This document shows, one piece after another, positions 63,051 through 64,000 of a DNA stretch of 64,000 nucleotides. A program made the translations under genes and the position numbers. The stretch lies in contig NC_087436.1 in assembly GCF_036321535.1 (NCBI RefSeq), positions 45,758,001 through 45,822,000 on the forward strand. Direction: 5' to 3'. The stretch's first letter is position 1; every line of letters starts with the position of its first letter. This DNA comes from Camelus dromedarius (Eukaryota). The notes beneath the pieces are model-generated. The model was not told the origin of the DNA, ran no database searches, and saw only the letters and a program-made list of their open reading frames with translations.

Positions 63051-64000
63051 GTGAGGAGGGGGGGACCGACTAAACAGTCGAATAACTGGGTTACAAAACC
63101 AGCCGGCCACCGGCAGAACCAGCAACGCTGTCACTTTTCCGAAACAACGTTCAGCGCTGTAGGAGTATCAATAAGATCTAATTTCAACCGCTAACGTAAG
63201 ACAGTTACGTCTACTTGCCTACCGCGAGCAAAGGAAGTGACGTACAATAGCGGCGTCTTTTACCTTAGGGCGCTGCAGGAAGTGCCGCCGCGGGGTTGCC
63301 CTTGGAGATGGCTGGCGTCAGGGACCGCCTCTCTCCCAGCAGCCCGGCGGGGTCCTGGCAGGAGCGGATTGGCCGTGCGTTCTGGCTTCTCAGGTTGCAC
63401 TGCGGTCCCGGCGCTCGTCAGTTGGTTGCCAGCTCCTGCAGCTGTTCCGCCCGAAGCTCTGAGGAGTTTCGAGCCGCGCGCTGGCGGGAGGTGGGTCTGG
63501 TTGCGTCGGAACTCAGTGGAAGAGAATGTCTGCGTTCTTTCGAGTCGCTTGTTTCTTCCGGATCGTTTGAAGTACGCGCAATTGTGGGCTGTCCTATGCT
63601 GTCGATTTGTCCTACGGTTTCACTAAAGGGAAAAAAAAATGCGTGCGTGCATATACTTTTAAAATACTATGTTATCTGACAGAAAGCTGATTATATATTT
63701 TTATCTTTCGTACCAGATAGTTTATTCTTCTGTCAAGTACGTTTTCAGCACCGATAGGCTGTACACTGTCGATACTACAAGCCCCTCTCCCCTTCTGTCT
63801 TTAAGCCTTTAGTATCTGACTTCCGCTAAAACTTTTCTCCCAAAAAAAGCTAGCCATCTCCCATTTATTAAATTTGGTTGGTCTCTTTTCACTCGAATCT
63901 TCTGAGACCTTACTTTAATATTTAACACAGTCAACCGCTTCTTTGAAAGAGGGTGGGGATTGGTACCTTTTTCAGAGGGTTATTTTCATATTGGAAGAAC

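Larger units (their letters stand above)
62300..63650. promoter_or_regulatory. CpG island / housekeeping promoter of GAR1
   Basis: Only CpG-dense stretch in the window. E-box CACGTG 62956-62961; ETS CGGAAGT (minus) 62999-63005; overlapping ETS-CRE GGAAGTGACGTA 63233-63244; CAGGAAGTG 63276-63284. Confidence 0.85.

Noticed and set aside
1..64000. CRISPR array, operon-like or prokaryotic/viral insert
   Set aside because: No regularly spaced repeat-spacer array or dense intronless gene cluster; the window is explained by three spliced mammalian genes and common repeats.

Overview
Mammalian genomic DNA, most likely camelid (inferred from four tRNA-Ala-derived SINEs of the vic-1 type and the L1 3' UTRs). 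It corresponds to the human 4q25 CFI-GAR1-RRH-LRIT3-EGF block read in reverse. Three protein-coding genes lie in tandem on the minus strand and were rebuilt exon by exon with GT-AG junctions and consistent phases. GAR1 is an H/ACA snoRNP protein (6 coding exons, 220 aa, CpG-island promoter near 62.3-63.7 kb). RRH/peropsin has 7 exons and 337 aa and is intact, with the Schiff-base Lys. LRIT3 has 4 exons and 672 aa as read. The rest is typical mammalian repeat landscape: L1 with target-site duplications, L2, MIR, CR1/L3, MER DNA transposons, LTRs and microsatellites. I found no convincing new multi-gene system. Best observations: (1) an apparent 2-nt frameshift near the LRIT3 3' end replaces the conserved C-terminal tail (predicted PDZ-ligand end) with 'DF*', while the ancestral tail is still readable in the shifted frame; (2) a clear U12 minor-spliceosome GT-AG intron in GAR1; (3) phase-compatible read-through junctions GAR1->RRH and RRH->LRIT3; (4) a divergent ORF in the GAR1 promoter; (5) a nested, chimeric L1 in LRIT3 intron 2. 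Repeat family names and comparisons to human proteins come from recall, not from a database search.
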